64,000 nt of DNA. Origin: an uncultured virus (IMG/VR IMGVR_UViG_3300027747_004323). Its lineage: Duplodnaviria; Heunggongvirae; Uroviricota; Caudoviricetes. The notes under the pieces were generated by a model. That model had not been told where the DNA came from. It ran no database searches and saw only the letters and a program-made list of their open reading frames with translations. The DNA lies in IMG/VR virus record IMGVR_UViG_3300027747_004323; one strand, written 5' to 3'. The translations under genes were made by a program, and so were the position numbers. Below, piece by piece: positions 38,925 through 47,426 of the stretch (positions within the stretch are counted from its first letter, which is position 1; each line of letters begins with the position of its first letter).

Positions 38925-38963
38925 GAATCTTCTCCGTTATGATTCACTGGGATACGTATCATG

Positions 38964-39254
38964 TCACGGAGACTTCTTCTTGACGAAGAGCAGCTTGTCG
39001 CCCTTCTTGAGGTCGGTCGTCATAACTTCTTTCACTTCGCCAGCGCGACGGACGAGCCAGCGATGGTTTGGCGAGCATGAGAAATTCTCTCTCGAAGTCT
39101 TGATGACAGCATTGATGTCATGTCCTACATCATCTTCCTTGTCGATGACAGACTCATAAGTACCGCCATGCGTGAGGACCTTCTCTCCAAGGCCGAGGTC
39201 TTTGATGGGCTTGACTCCATTTTCTGTCAAGACAAGTGAGTCTTTCTGAAGACA
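38964..39254 (-). other. split intein N-terminal fragment (96 aa)
   Basis: Block A CLQKDSLVLT, block B CSPNHRW, ends ...DLKKGDKL...stop. Confidence 0.9.
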
Positions 39255-40730
39255 ACGGTGCCGACCGAGGAATCGGCTCCACAGGAGACCGTACGGAATC
39301 GGATCGATCTGGGTGATGCCGAGGAGGTAGTTGACGAGAGAACCGGGACCGCTGCCACGTCCGGGTCCGAAGAGGGTCCGCGTCTCGGCACGCTTGAAGA
39401 TCTTGTACATTGTCACGAAGTACGAGGCATGACCCAGGTACTTGATGTCGGACAGCTCGGACTTCGCTCGTTCGACGTACTCGGGCTTGTCCACCATTCC
39501 CTCGCGGACGAGTCCCTCCTTGACGAGGTCGGTGAGCTGCTGGAATGCGGTCCTCTCAGGAGTGTCGAGCTTCGGGAGCTTCGCCTTGACATCGACCCAG
39601 GTGTCCTCGCAGTTCTGCCAAGCGAGGTCGTGGGTCCGCTCGATCGCGTCGCGGACCTCCTCCTCAGCACCTCGGTAGAAGTCGTAGGAGTCGTACGACG
39701 ACTTGAACTCGTCCCACATCTGGGTGGCGTTCTTGGGATACAGCTCGCACTTCAGGTCCTCGAACTTGGGCAGCGCCGTCTGATCCAGCTTCGCACCCAT
39801 CCAGCCGAGCTTCTTGTAGAGCTCGCGGGCCTGCCATTTGGAGGGATCGGGATAGTGGGCATCGCAGGTGGCGATCAGCTTCACGCCGCTTCGTCGAGAC
39901 AGGTCGATGAGGTACTTGTTCACCACGTGCTGCTTCGGCAGCTTGTTGAACTGTAGCTCGAGGAAGAAGTTGTCACGACCGACCGCGTCGGTGAACCTGT
40001 CGGTGAGGTTCTGCAGCTCACTGATGATCTGATCGGATGTCTTACCGTACGCCTCGCCGCGGAGGATCGTGCCGCTGTAGATGCCGCCGAGGCACGCCGT
40101 CGACCAGATGATGCCCTTACCCCACTTTCGGAGGAGGTCGAAGTCGATGCGAGGATAGCGGTAGAAGCCGTCCTTGAAAGACGCCTTCACGAGGCGGTTG
40201 ATGTTCGCGAGACCCTCGGCTGTCTGGGCGACCGCGACAAGGTGGTATCGACGCTGCCAGTCGGGCTTCTCCTTGTAGTCGTCCGACTTGGTCTCTGCCT
40301 CGTCCTCGACGACGTGGCCTCCCGCCTCCTCTTCCTCTGCGACCTCGTCTGCGTCGACGTCCGTCCGGACCTTCGCCTTCTTCTCAGCTTCGGCCGCGGT
40401 CTTCGCGTCCTTGATCGACTGCTTGTGTGCTTCGTAGTCGAGCTTCCACTGTGCGAGCGAAGTAACAAAGTAGAACTCCACGCCGTAGAGCTGTCTGTAC
40501 TTCACGCCCTTCTTCTGCAGCTTCTTTGCCGCAGAATGTGCATGGGCGAGACCGTTGCCGTTGCCGTGGTCGGTGAGGGCCCACGCGTCCTGCCCTTGCG
40601 ACTCGGAGGTCACGAACTTCACGTGATCCTCGGGATACCCGAGGCCGTCGAATGTCGAAAATCCGCTGTGATTGTGGAAGGAAACGAACTTCTGGGGAGG
40701 GCGAATCAGATCGACGGGACGATTTGACAT
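38964..40730 (-). CDS. dnaE: DNA polymerase III alpha, N-terminal half (PHP domain) plus N-intein
   Basis: HNHSGFSTFDG, ALTDHG, GVEFY, TACLGG, DAHY, GPGRGS, GITQIDP, RFL. Confidence 0.93.
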   Translation of the reverse strand: MSNRPVDLIRPPQKFVSFHNHSGFSTFDGLGYPEDHVKFVTSESQGQDAWALTDHGNGNGLAHAHSAAKKLQKKGVKYRQLYGVEFYFVTSLAQWKLDYEAHKQSIKDAKTAAEAEKKAKVRTDVDADEVAEEEEAGGHVVEDEAETKSDDYKEKPDWQRRYHLVAVAQTAEGLANINRLVKASFKDGFYRYPRIDFDLLRKWGKGIIWSTACLGGIYSGTILRGEAYGKTSDQIISELQNLTDRFTDAVGRDNFFLELQFNKLPKQHVVNKYLIDLSRRSGVKLIATCDAHYPDPSKWQARELYKKLGWMGAKLDQTALPKFEDLKCELYPKNATQMWDEFKSSYDSYDFYRGAEEEVRDAIERTHDLAWQNCEDTWVDVKAKLPKLDTPERTAFQQLTDLVKEGLVREGMVDKPEYVERAKSELSDIKYLGHASYFVTMYKIFKRAETRTLFGPGRGSGPGSLVNYLLGITQIDPIPYGLLWSRFLGRHRCLQKDSLVLTENGVKPIKDLGLGEKVLTHGGTYESVIDKEDDVGHDINAVIKTSRENFSCSPNHRWLVRRAGEVKEVMTTDLKKGDKLLFVKKKSP

Positions 40731-40775
40731 GTTACACCAACCATAACACGTGAGGAAGCCCGTTTACACTCGGAT

Positions 40776-40813
40776 TTTCGAAAACGATTCGGGCTCCACA
40801 GAGGAGCCCGAAG
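40776..40813 (-). terminator. intrinsic terminator
   Basis: TTCGGGCTCC-loop-GGAGCCCGAA hairpin with minus-strand T-run. Confidence 0.6.
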
Positions 40814-40839
40814 TCGCAACGATCTGTCAGAGGTCTATT

Positions 40840-41442
40840 TCAGACCCGGTAGCCCTTGTCCACAGCCAGCGTCTCTGCCTCTATGCCAGCAGCTTCGAGC
40901 TGATCGACGATGGCTTGTGCCTCCTCCTCTGAAGCGAAGGCACGAGACGAATTGTAGCCGGGGTTGGCGCTCGAAGCACCCACGAGCTTGAACTTGATGC
41001 CATTTTTCGCAGCAATTGCATCGAAGGTCTTCTTGGTCTTGTCCCACTCCTTCGCAGAAAGGCCAGAATAAGACGGCGGAAGTATGTGTCCGCTGAGGGC
41101 AACAACCCACTCTCTCGGGGCCGAAGAGAAAGAGTCTATGTATTCGAGGACCGCGGAGGTCATGTTGGCCTCGGTCGCTCCCTGGGAGATCCAGTCCGCC
41201 ATCCTGTCGACGATTGGATCGGTCTCTTTAGGGGGATACATGACGCCTGGGAGACCACGAAGATACGACCAGGCTTCAACGGCAGCGCCGTATGCATTGC
41301 CTGTCTTAAAGGCCTTGACGAACCCTGCGTTGGCCAATACCCTCTTGACGATCTGTGCACTGACGTCGGTTCCTTCGCGGAGGGCGACCTTCTGCACTTC
41401 TTCCTTGATGATTCTGCGAAGCTGACTGACTGTGATCTTCAT
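40840..41442 (-). CDS. leader-motif hypothetical protein
   Basis: MKITVSQLRRIIKEEVQKVALREG. Confidence 0.75.
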   Translation of the reverse strand: MKITVSQLRRIIKEEVQKVALREGTDVSAQIVKRVLANAGFVKAFKTGNAYGAAVEAWSYLRGLPGVMYPPKETDPIVDRMADWISQGATEANMTSAVLEYIDSFSSAPREWVVALSGHILPPSYSGLSAKEWDKTKKTFDAIAAKNGIKFKLVGASSANPGYNSSRAFASEEEAQAIVDQLEAAGIEAETLAVDKGYRV

Positions 41443-41485
41443 GCGTTTTTCCTTTTGATCGAAAGAAATGCAAATAAATATTCCG

Positions 41486-42478
41486 TCAGGCCGGAAAGTG
41501 CTGCAGCAGGTCCACTTTCTTTGCGGCTGCCTCGTCGAGGTACTTCAGCGGGTTGTAGTCCTCGGATCCCCTGATCCACTCCAGGGTCTCTCGAATACCC
41601 TGCGACAAATCAAGTTCTGGTTTCCACCCAAGCTTTTCCCTGATTTTCTGAGAGGACAATCGGTGGTTACCGAGGTAGTCCGTCTTGGGATGCCACACCA
41701 GCCGTCCGCTCGTGCCAGGGAGGTGGGCATCGACTTCGGACACGACCTCGGACGCGGGACGGGCAGTCTCCGCCGCAACGTTCCAGTCGGTTCCCCATCC
41801 CTGACCCATGGGATCTCGGCACACGACCTCGATCGCCTTGCAGAAGTCCGACACGTGGAGGTAGTCCTTCACCTTGGTGGGATCGAGGAACATGTCGATC
41901 GAAGGTCGACCTTTCAGGGAGGCATAGATCGACTTCGCGATGAGGGAGTTCATGTCACCGAGACCTCCGAAGGCGAAGAGGGGACGCACGATCGTCCATC
42001 GATTCGCCATCGCGGTGACGATCTGCTCGGCCGCGAGCTTCTGGACGCCGTAATATGTCCGCGGGCACTTGTCAGAGGCTTCCGTGATCCACTCGTCCTG
42101 GTATTTCGGAGTATCGTAGATCACCGTCGTGCCGAGGTAGCAGACAGCCGCCTTGGCCCTGTTCGCAGCCCGGACGATGTTGTAGGTGCCTTGCACGTTG
42201 GAAAGCACAGCTTCCTGAGGATCGAGCGCGACGACGTCTGTACCTACGACGGCCGCATTGTGCACGACGACGTCGATGTCGTTACCGTAGAGAACGTTGT
42301 ACCATGCATCTTCTGAGTTCTGCCAGATGCATGCCTCCCCCGTCTTCGGAACCTTCTTGGGTTCTGCTGCGTCGGAGAAGAGCTCACCGTCAGTGACGAC
42401 CTCGTGCTTACGAGACTCGAGGACGACCTTGAGGTTGCGTGAGATCAGCCCGTTTTGGCCCGTGATGTAGAACTTCAT
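41486..42478 (-). CDS. divergent NAD-dependent NDP-sugar epimerase/dehydratase
   Basis: TGQNGLIS, HNAA, SNVQGT, YGVQK, KDYLHVSD. Confidence 0.85.
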   Translation of the reverse strand: MKFYITGQNGLISRNLKVVLESRKHEVVTDGELFSDAAEPKKVPKTGEACIWQNSEDAWYNVLYGNDIDVVVHNAAVVGTDVVALDPQEAVLSNVQGTYNIVRAANRAKAAVCYLGTTVIYDTPKYQDEWITEASDKCPRTYYGVQKLAAEQIVTAMANRWTIVRPLFAFGGLGDMNSLIAKSIYASLKGRPSIDMFLDPTKVKDYLHVSDFCKAIEVVCRDPMGQGWGTDWNVAAETARPASEVVSEVDAHLPGTSGRLVWHPKTDYLGNHRLSSQKIREKLGWKPELDLSQGIRETLEWIRGSEDYNPLKYLDEAAAKKVDLLQHFPA

Positions 42479-42496
42479 TGTACCTCCATCATAAAC

Positions 42497-42530
42497 GGCT
42501 CGGGCGGCCATTTTCACAGCCGCCCGAGCC
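42497..42530. terminator. GC-rich intergenic hairpin
   Basis: GGCTCGGGCGGC...GCCGCCCGAGCC perfect 12-bp stem. Confidence 0.55.
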
Positions 42531-42539
42531 GAAGCTATC

Positions 42540-42995
42540 TCACTCAATTTCCTTGTCGTACGGTTCGTAGAGCATCTTTCCTGCGGCCTTGCTGCGATCG
42601 AGATAATCCTCGAGCTCTTCGAATGAAGTACACACGCGTGCACCTGATCTACTCAACATGAGGTTGAATTTTGCTCCAGCTGGGAGTCCGGCGCAGAAGT
42701 AGATGATGTGCTTGTCGAAGGCTGTTGCATATCCGCACTCCATGATAGTGCCCAAGTCCTTATCGCGAGTGTTGACGACAAGGAAGTCAGATTCGCGGAT
42801 GTGTTTCAAATTACCCTGATAAGTCGCATCCTGAACCTCACGGGAAGCATTTGGTGGGCAAATGAAGATTCGTCGTGGAGACGCCATGTCAATCCAGTCC
42901 TTACGTGCCTCCATGATTTGTTCGAGTCTGGTGAGCTCGGCGTCTTGAACGGGGTTGAACCAGCCTGCGGCGAGGTACATCTTTTTGCGATTCAT
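42540..42995 (-). CDS. nucleoside 2-deoxyribosyltransferase / nucleotide N-glycosidase family
   Basis: YLAAGWF, DLGTIMECGYA, NLML. Confidence 0.85.
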   Translation of the reverse strand: MNRKKMYLAAGWFNPVQDAELTRLEQIMEARKDWIDMASPRRIFICPPNASREVQDATYQGNLKHIRESDFLVVNTRDKDLGTIMECGYATAFDKHIIYFCAGLPAGAKFNLMLSRSGARVCTSFEELEDYLDRSKAAGKMLYEPYDKEIE

Positions 42996-43885
42996 CTTTG
43001 ATTTGCCTTTCTAGTTGTGTATTCCAATAGTAGCATGTCTTTATCAATTGAACAACGTGACTGTTTACGCACGTTGTCAACTGCAGGAATGAATTCTAAG
43101 TTAGAAATGTCACCAATGACTTCTGGTGGCAGGCCTTGCCTAAAGCCTTCGGCAACAGAGAACTTGTGATCTAGGTGATACTCACCTCGCTTATCGTGGT
43201 TGTCGAGTTGATCTATCGGTTGCATACGAGTGAAATGATCAACTCTTCTTCTATAGTCCTGAAATTCAGGTAGATCATCGACGTACTGTTGCCAAGTTTT
43301 TCCATGCGTCTTGAGCAGCTTCTTGTCCATAGAAGAAGAGATAAACGCTGGCGATAAGACGATGTTGTGCACTCCAAACTTTTCGACACAAGTTTCTTCT
43401 GCTCGAGATCGTAGAATAGGAGATTCGAAAGTCGATGGGCCACCCCATCTATCAGTCATCGTTTGGCGCCGCCGGGCAAGCACTTCGGGATTTTCAATCG
43501 GAGACTTATAGCCGTATCTCTTCAAATTTGTCTCTTCGATCTTGGCCCTAAACTCTTCCGTCTGAGAGTAAACATCGACTCCATAACGCTCGCGAGTAGT
43601 CTTCTTCGACTTCTCTTTGGTTGAGTCAAGCTCAAATGTGCTAGCAACACCATACTTTCTAATGTTGTTATTTTTGCGTTTTTCTTTTATCTCATCGCAA
43701 GACATTGGAAAGTCTGTCCCGTGCTTCTCTAAACTCTTCTTTCGACGAAGCTCGTATGTGATACCGCCTTTCTTCTGGGCAAGGTAGATGCACTCTTTCG
43801 AGCAAAAGAAGAAGCCAGATTTGTTGCTAAGCGGATTCTTTGGCACGAATATCGTCTTGCACTGCGAGCAGATTTTCTCTTTCAT
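42992..43885 (-). mobile_element. HNH homing-endonuclease-like protein with KYG repeats
   Basis: Zn ribbon, repeated (K/R)YG units, YHLDH...SNL...N; AT-rich. Confidence 0.75.
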
Positions 43886-44006
43886 CGCCAATCCTCTCTC
43901 GAATGATCTCGGCGACGAATTGACTCATCAGTAATCCATGTTGAGCACAATACACCTTCAGCGCTTTGTGAGTCTCTTCGTCCACCGAGATCTTCGATTG
44001 TTTCAT
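43827..44006 (-). CDS. small ribbon-helix-helix regulator
   Basis: 59 aa translated by hand: MKQSKISVDEETHKALKVYCAQHGLLMSQFVAEIIRE... Confidence 0.65.
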   Translation of the reverse strand: MKQSKISVDEETHKALKVYCAQHGLLMSQFVAEIIRERIGDERENLLAVQDDIRAKESA

Positions 44007-44042
44007 GGCTATACGTATCTAAGCAAGTACTAAAGTACTTAG

Positions 44043-45026
44043 TTACTTACCTACCTTCCAATCGTTGTGCTGCCTCTTGATGGCATTCCAGTCTGTCATG
44101 TCTGCGTTCCACAGCTCGGTGAATCGCTTCTGTGGTCCGTTGCCGTGGGTGCCGTTGATGTCCTCGCGGGTCGACTGATAGATCGTGTCCTGTGGATGGA
44201 ACTCGAACGTGTCGTTCTTCGGGATGGGCCAGTAGAGGTTCGTGCCTCGCGACACGAACTTGTCACCTTCCTTGACGCGGAAGGTCTTGATGTAGTGCAT
44301 GTCGGGCTTGTTGAAGTCGATCACGGACGTGAACTCGGGGATCACCTTCGCCACCTCGACTGCCATGCGAGACGCGAGGAGGTTGTCGGCAGCCGGCTGG
44401 ATCTGGGTGTCCATTCGCTGGTAGATGAAGCCGATGAGCTCCTTGAGTGGGAGGCGCATGTAGTAGAACGACGTCATGCACTTCGGGAGGATGAGTCGGG
44501 CATCCATCATCGACACGACCTTCGAATCCGTCATGTCGGCATAGAGCTGCTTCGAGTCCTCGACGAGCTTCTTCCATCGAGCGTGGAACTCAGGAGAGTT
44601 CTGGACGGGCTCGGGAATCACAGCGTCGTCGTCTCGGAGGTCACGGTCGCCCGTGCACTGGGCGGCGAAGGTGCCGGCACGATGGCGGATGATGTGTGTC
44701 ACCTCCTGAAACGAGAGGCCGCTGAGACGGAAAGTGAAGCCGAGGCACTCCATGGGAGCGGGAAGCGTGCGGCCGCCGAACACGTCCTCGAGGTTCTTCG
44801 ACAGCTCACGCTGGGTGACGCCGCTGGTGGGATCGATGTCCGGGCGGTCTGCCCACGTCGCCTTGACGTAGTGCCACGCGACGTTCCAGGCCTGCTGACG
44901 CGTGGGAGCGTCGACTAGCTCCACCTTGAGGGCATCGAGGTTGTTGTGGAACTGGGTCTTCGGTTCTTGACCGAACTTGAGGACCATGGGAAGCTCAATG
45001 GGTTGAAGATCACGATTGATGGGCAT
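44043..45026 (-). CDS. divergent ThyX-fold (flavin-dependent thymidylate synthase-like) protein
   Basis: FTFRLSGLS...THIIRHRAGTFAAQ, DARLILP, QRMDTQIQ; C-terminal extension. Confidence 0.78.
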   Translation of the reverse strand: MPINRDLQPIELPMVLKFGQEPKTQFHNNLDALKVELVDAPTRQQAWNVAWHYVKATWADRPDIDPTSGVTQRELSKNLEDVFGGRTLPAPMECLGFTFRLSGLSFQEVTHIIRHRAGTFAAQCTGDRDLRDDDAVIPEPVQNSPEFHARWKKLVEDSKQLYADMTDSKVVSMMDARLILPKCMTSFYYMRLPLKELIGFIYQRMDTQIQPAADNLLASRMAVEVAKVIPEFTSVIDFNKPDMHYIKTFRVKEGDKFVSRGTNLYWPIPKNDTFEFHPQDTIYQSTREDINGTHGNGPQKRFTELWNADMTDWNAIKRQHNDWKVGK

Positions 45027-45102
45027 TCTTACCTCTGTGTTTGAATTGATGCAGACTCTTGTATCCTAAACAGACAAGTCGTTTCTTTGCATCGTCGGGA
45101 CG

Positions 45103-46044
45103 TCAAATGACGTAATCGACGAAACTGATGGGGTCGCTGCCCTCTGGGACATACACGACGTTCTTCATTCCCTCGACCTCGGCGTTGTAAGTCTTTTCGG
45201 GAACGATCACAGGCACTCCGTGTTTCGCGTATTCCGCTGCGTGCTTCGCAGAATCATCGACGGCGAAATACTTGCCGGTGGAGTAGTAGGGTTGGTCGGT
45301 GAGCCACACGTATTTCTCAGGCGTGAATGTCACGCCGTCGGCCGCGATGTCGTGCCTCGAAAGCCAGGAGTACGTGTCGTAGAAGGCGGTGAGATTGGAG
45401 GCAGGACGTGCAGTGACGATCTGGATCCAGTATCCTCTGTCCTTGAGGTGCCTCAGGAGACCCGTGTACTTTTCGTTGCGTTCGAGCAGGAGAAATCCGT
45501 GTGTGTCGATGAAGGTCTTGAAGAGGACCTCGTTGTTGAGTCCGCTCTTCTTCAGTTCTTCTGTGGCATAATACTGTTTGCTCTTGGGATCGAGAAAGCA
45601 ACCCGTCGTTTCGGTCACCCATCCACAGAATGAAGACCTGAACTCGGCGAGGACGTCGTCCATGTCGAACAGGGCGACAGGCTGTCCGGCCCACTTCTTT
45701 GTGGAAAGCTCGTGCCTGTAGTGGAGGAAGTCGTCCTTCTGCGACAAGGCGGCCTCGAAAGTGGAGGCGCCGATTCCCCAGAGGTTCAACATCGCGAGGA
45801 TGTAACGGTATGCGTCGACGGACTTGTAGAGTATCTTCTGCACGTCGACGGGATGCTTGACACCTCGATGATCCTTGTAGTTGACGCCCTCAACGATTCC
45901 GCTTGCTTCGGCGTGAAGTGCAAGAACGAACGTCTTGAGAAGCTCTTGCTTCTGCCAGTCGTCCAGCTTCTCAGGATCGAAGAAGATGTCTGAGAAGGCC
46001 TTCTGACGCCCTAGGGCTTCGTGCAGCTTCGACCAGTCGTTCAT
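45103..46044 (-). CDS. dimeric dUTPase/MazG-like domain fused to HAD 5'(3')-nucleotidase
   Basis: N-terminal YKDHR...SVDAYRY; HAD motifs FDMDDV, TAR, K, VDDS. Confidence 0.78.
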   Translation of the reverse strand: MNDWSKLHEALGRQKAFSDIFFDPEKLDDWQKQELLKTFVLALHAEASGIVEGVNYKDHRGVKHPVDVQKILYKSVDAYRYILAMLNLWGIGASTFEAALSQKDDFLHYRHELSTKKWAGQPVALFDMDDVLAEFRSSFCGWVTETTGCFLDPKSKQYYATEELKKSGLNNEVLFKTFIDTHGFLLLERNEKYTGLLRHLKDRGYWIQIVTARPASNLTAFYDTYSWLSRHDIAADGVTFTPEKYVWLTDQPYYSTGKYFAVDDSAKHAAEYAKHGVPVIVPEKTYNAEVEGMKNVVYVPEGSDPISFVDYVI

Positions 46045-46421
46045 CAATAGTCCTTCTTGATTCGATCGTTGATGATCTTGTCCTTCTTGAGATAGGCTTC
46101 GAACAGCTCATCCGCCGTGATTCCCAGCATGATGGGCACCGCGAGAAAGAAGTTGAACGCATCCACGTACTCCTCGAGGAATGCCTCCTGATCGAAGTCT
46201 TTCACCTCTGTCGCACGATGCGGCTTCCAGTTCTTCAGGTGCTGAAGCGCCTCGAACATCTCCTCGACGCCCTTCAGGACGTTGTCGCGCACTGCGATCT
46301 GACCCTCCTTCGAGGTGATGTCGACGGGCCACTTCTGCAACACGGCGGGCCTCGCAGCAGCGAGGTCTTTCATGAACTTCTCTCGAAGCTCCAGCATTTT
46401 CGATAGACGGTCTTCTTGCAT
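46044..46421 (-). CDS. all-alpha dimeric dUTPase/dCTPase (T4 gp56-like)
   Basis: EEMFE...WKPHR...EEYVDAFNF. Confidence 0.8.
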   Translation of the reverse strand: MQEDRLSKMLELREKFMKDLAAARPAVLQKWPVDITSKEGQIAVRDNVLKGVEEMFEALQHLKNWKPHRATEVKDFDQEAFLEEYVDAFNFFLAVPIMLGITADELFEAYLKKDKIINDRIKKDY

Positions 46422-46477
46422 GACTAAGTTCATCATACACATGGGTCAAACTGCAGTACAATCGATATTTACGGTAC

Positions 46478-46783
46478 ATGAGAAACGTCCGAAACATCGC
46501 GAAGATCCTTCAGGAGAGATTCGGTGACCCGATAGGAAGCTATGCAGGAGACGCACCCGTCGGTGTGAGAGACGAAGTTTCCGTCTGTCCACACTGCGGA
46601 ATGATGCCGGTCGGCGGTCGATGTGGATGTTCTGAGGACTGTGGATGCGGAGCACCTTCGGGCGAATGCAGCTGCGGCATGAAGACAGAGGGCGCCGACG
46701 TGACGGACGAGGGCCTCTCGACGTGCGACGAATGCGGAATGCTCGAGGTCGAAGGCGGGTGCGGATGCACCCACGAGATGTGA
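46478..46783 (+). CDS. Cys/Gly-rich small protein
   Basis: CPHCG, CGC repeats, CDECG; ATATTTA 6 nt upstream. Confidence 0.65.
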   Translation: MRNVRNIAKILQERFGDPIGSYAGDAPVGVRDEVSVCPHCGMMPVGGRCGCSEDCGCGAPSGECSCGMKTEGADVTDEGLSTCDECGMLEVEGGCGCTHEM

Positions 46784-46792
46784 GAGGACCAC

Positions 46793-47425
46793 GTGAAGTT
46801 CTCTGTCGGCGTCGTGAAGTACGGTGACATGCCATCGAAGCAGTGGTACATGTCGCCACAACACAAGGCGTGGTACTACCACACTCCCAGGACATCGCCT
46901 TCGGAGGAGCTGACGCCAAAGTTCCTCGAGGCGACGCTCGATGCTCCGCTGCGTCTCTTGGCACTGGGACTCAACTCCCTAGGATACACGACACTGCCTT
47001 CTTGCAGCGGACACTACAAGTCAGCCGACGAACTGAACGAGGCGTACGACGCCCTGGTTGACGACGCAAGAAAGATCAGAAAATCGGGCTTAGAACTAAT
47101 CGACGTTGAGACGGGGAATATTCTGACCCATCACGACGAGTCCTGGCACCTTCCCTGGGACCGACGGGAGTTCGCTGCAGCAGCGAGCGGTACCGATGGA
47201 CGTCCTGAAGGCTACCTCGGATTCTGCGTTCCGAAGAACGACGGCTACAAGGTGGGCAAGGCAGTGGACGACGCCGTCTCCTCAACGATGGGTACCCGTT
47301 ATGAGACGAAGAGGTCCCCGACGGGCTACGTGTTCGAGCTGAGGGTCCACACCGGAAAACAGAAATCCCAGGACGACGCATGGCGTGACCTGGGAGATTC
47401 CGTGATGTTGGGACTGTTGAAGTAG
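46793..47425 (+). CDS. hypothetical protein with TxxSCxGH motif
   Basis: LNSLGYTTLPSCSGH. Confidence 0.6.
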   Translation: MKFSVGVVKYGDMPSKQWYMSPQHKAWYYHTPRTSPSEELTPKFLEATLDAPLRLLALGLNSLGYTTLPSCSGHYKSADELNEAYDALVDDARKIRKSGLELIDVETGNILTHHDESWHLPWDRREFAAAASGTDGRPEGYLGFCVPKNDGYKVGKAVDDAVSSTMGTRYETKRSPTGYVFELRVHTGKQKSQDDAWRDLGDSVMLGLLK

Positions 47426-47426
47426 A

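Noticed and set aside
37880..39254. Group I/II intron or frameshift as the explanation of the dnaE split
   Set aside because: Both flanks carry clear intein blocks (Cys1, block B His, block F, His-Asn) and there is almost no non-coding space for a ribozyme
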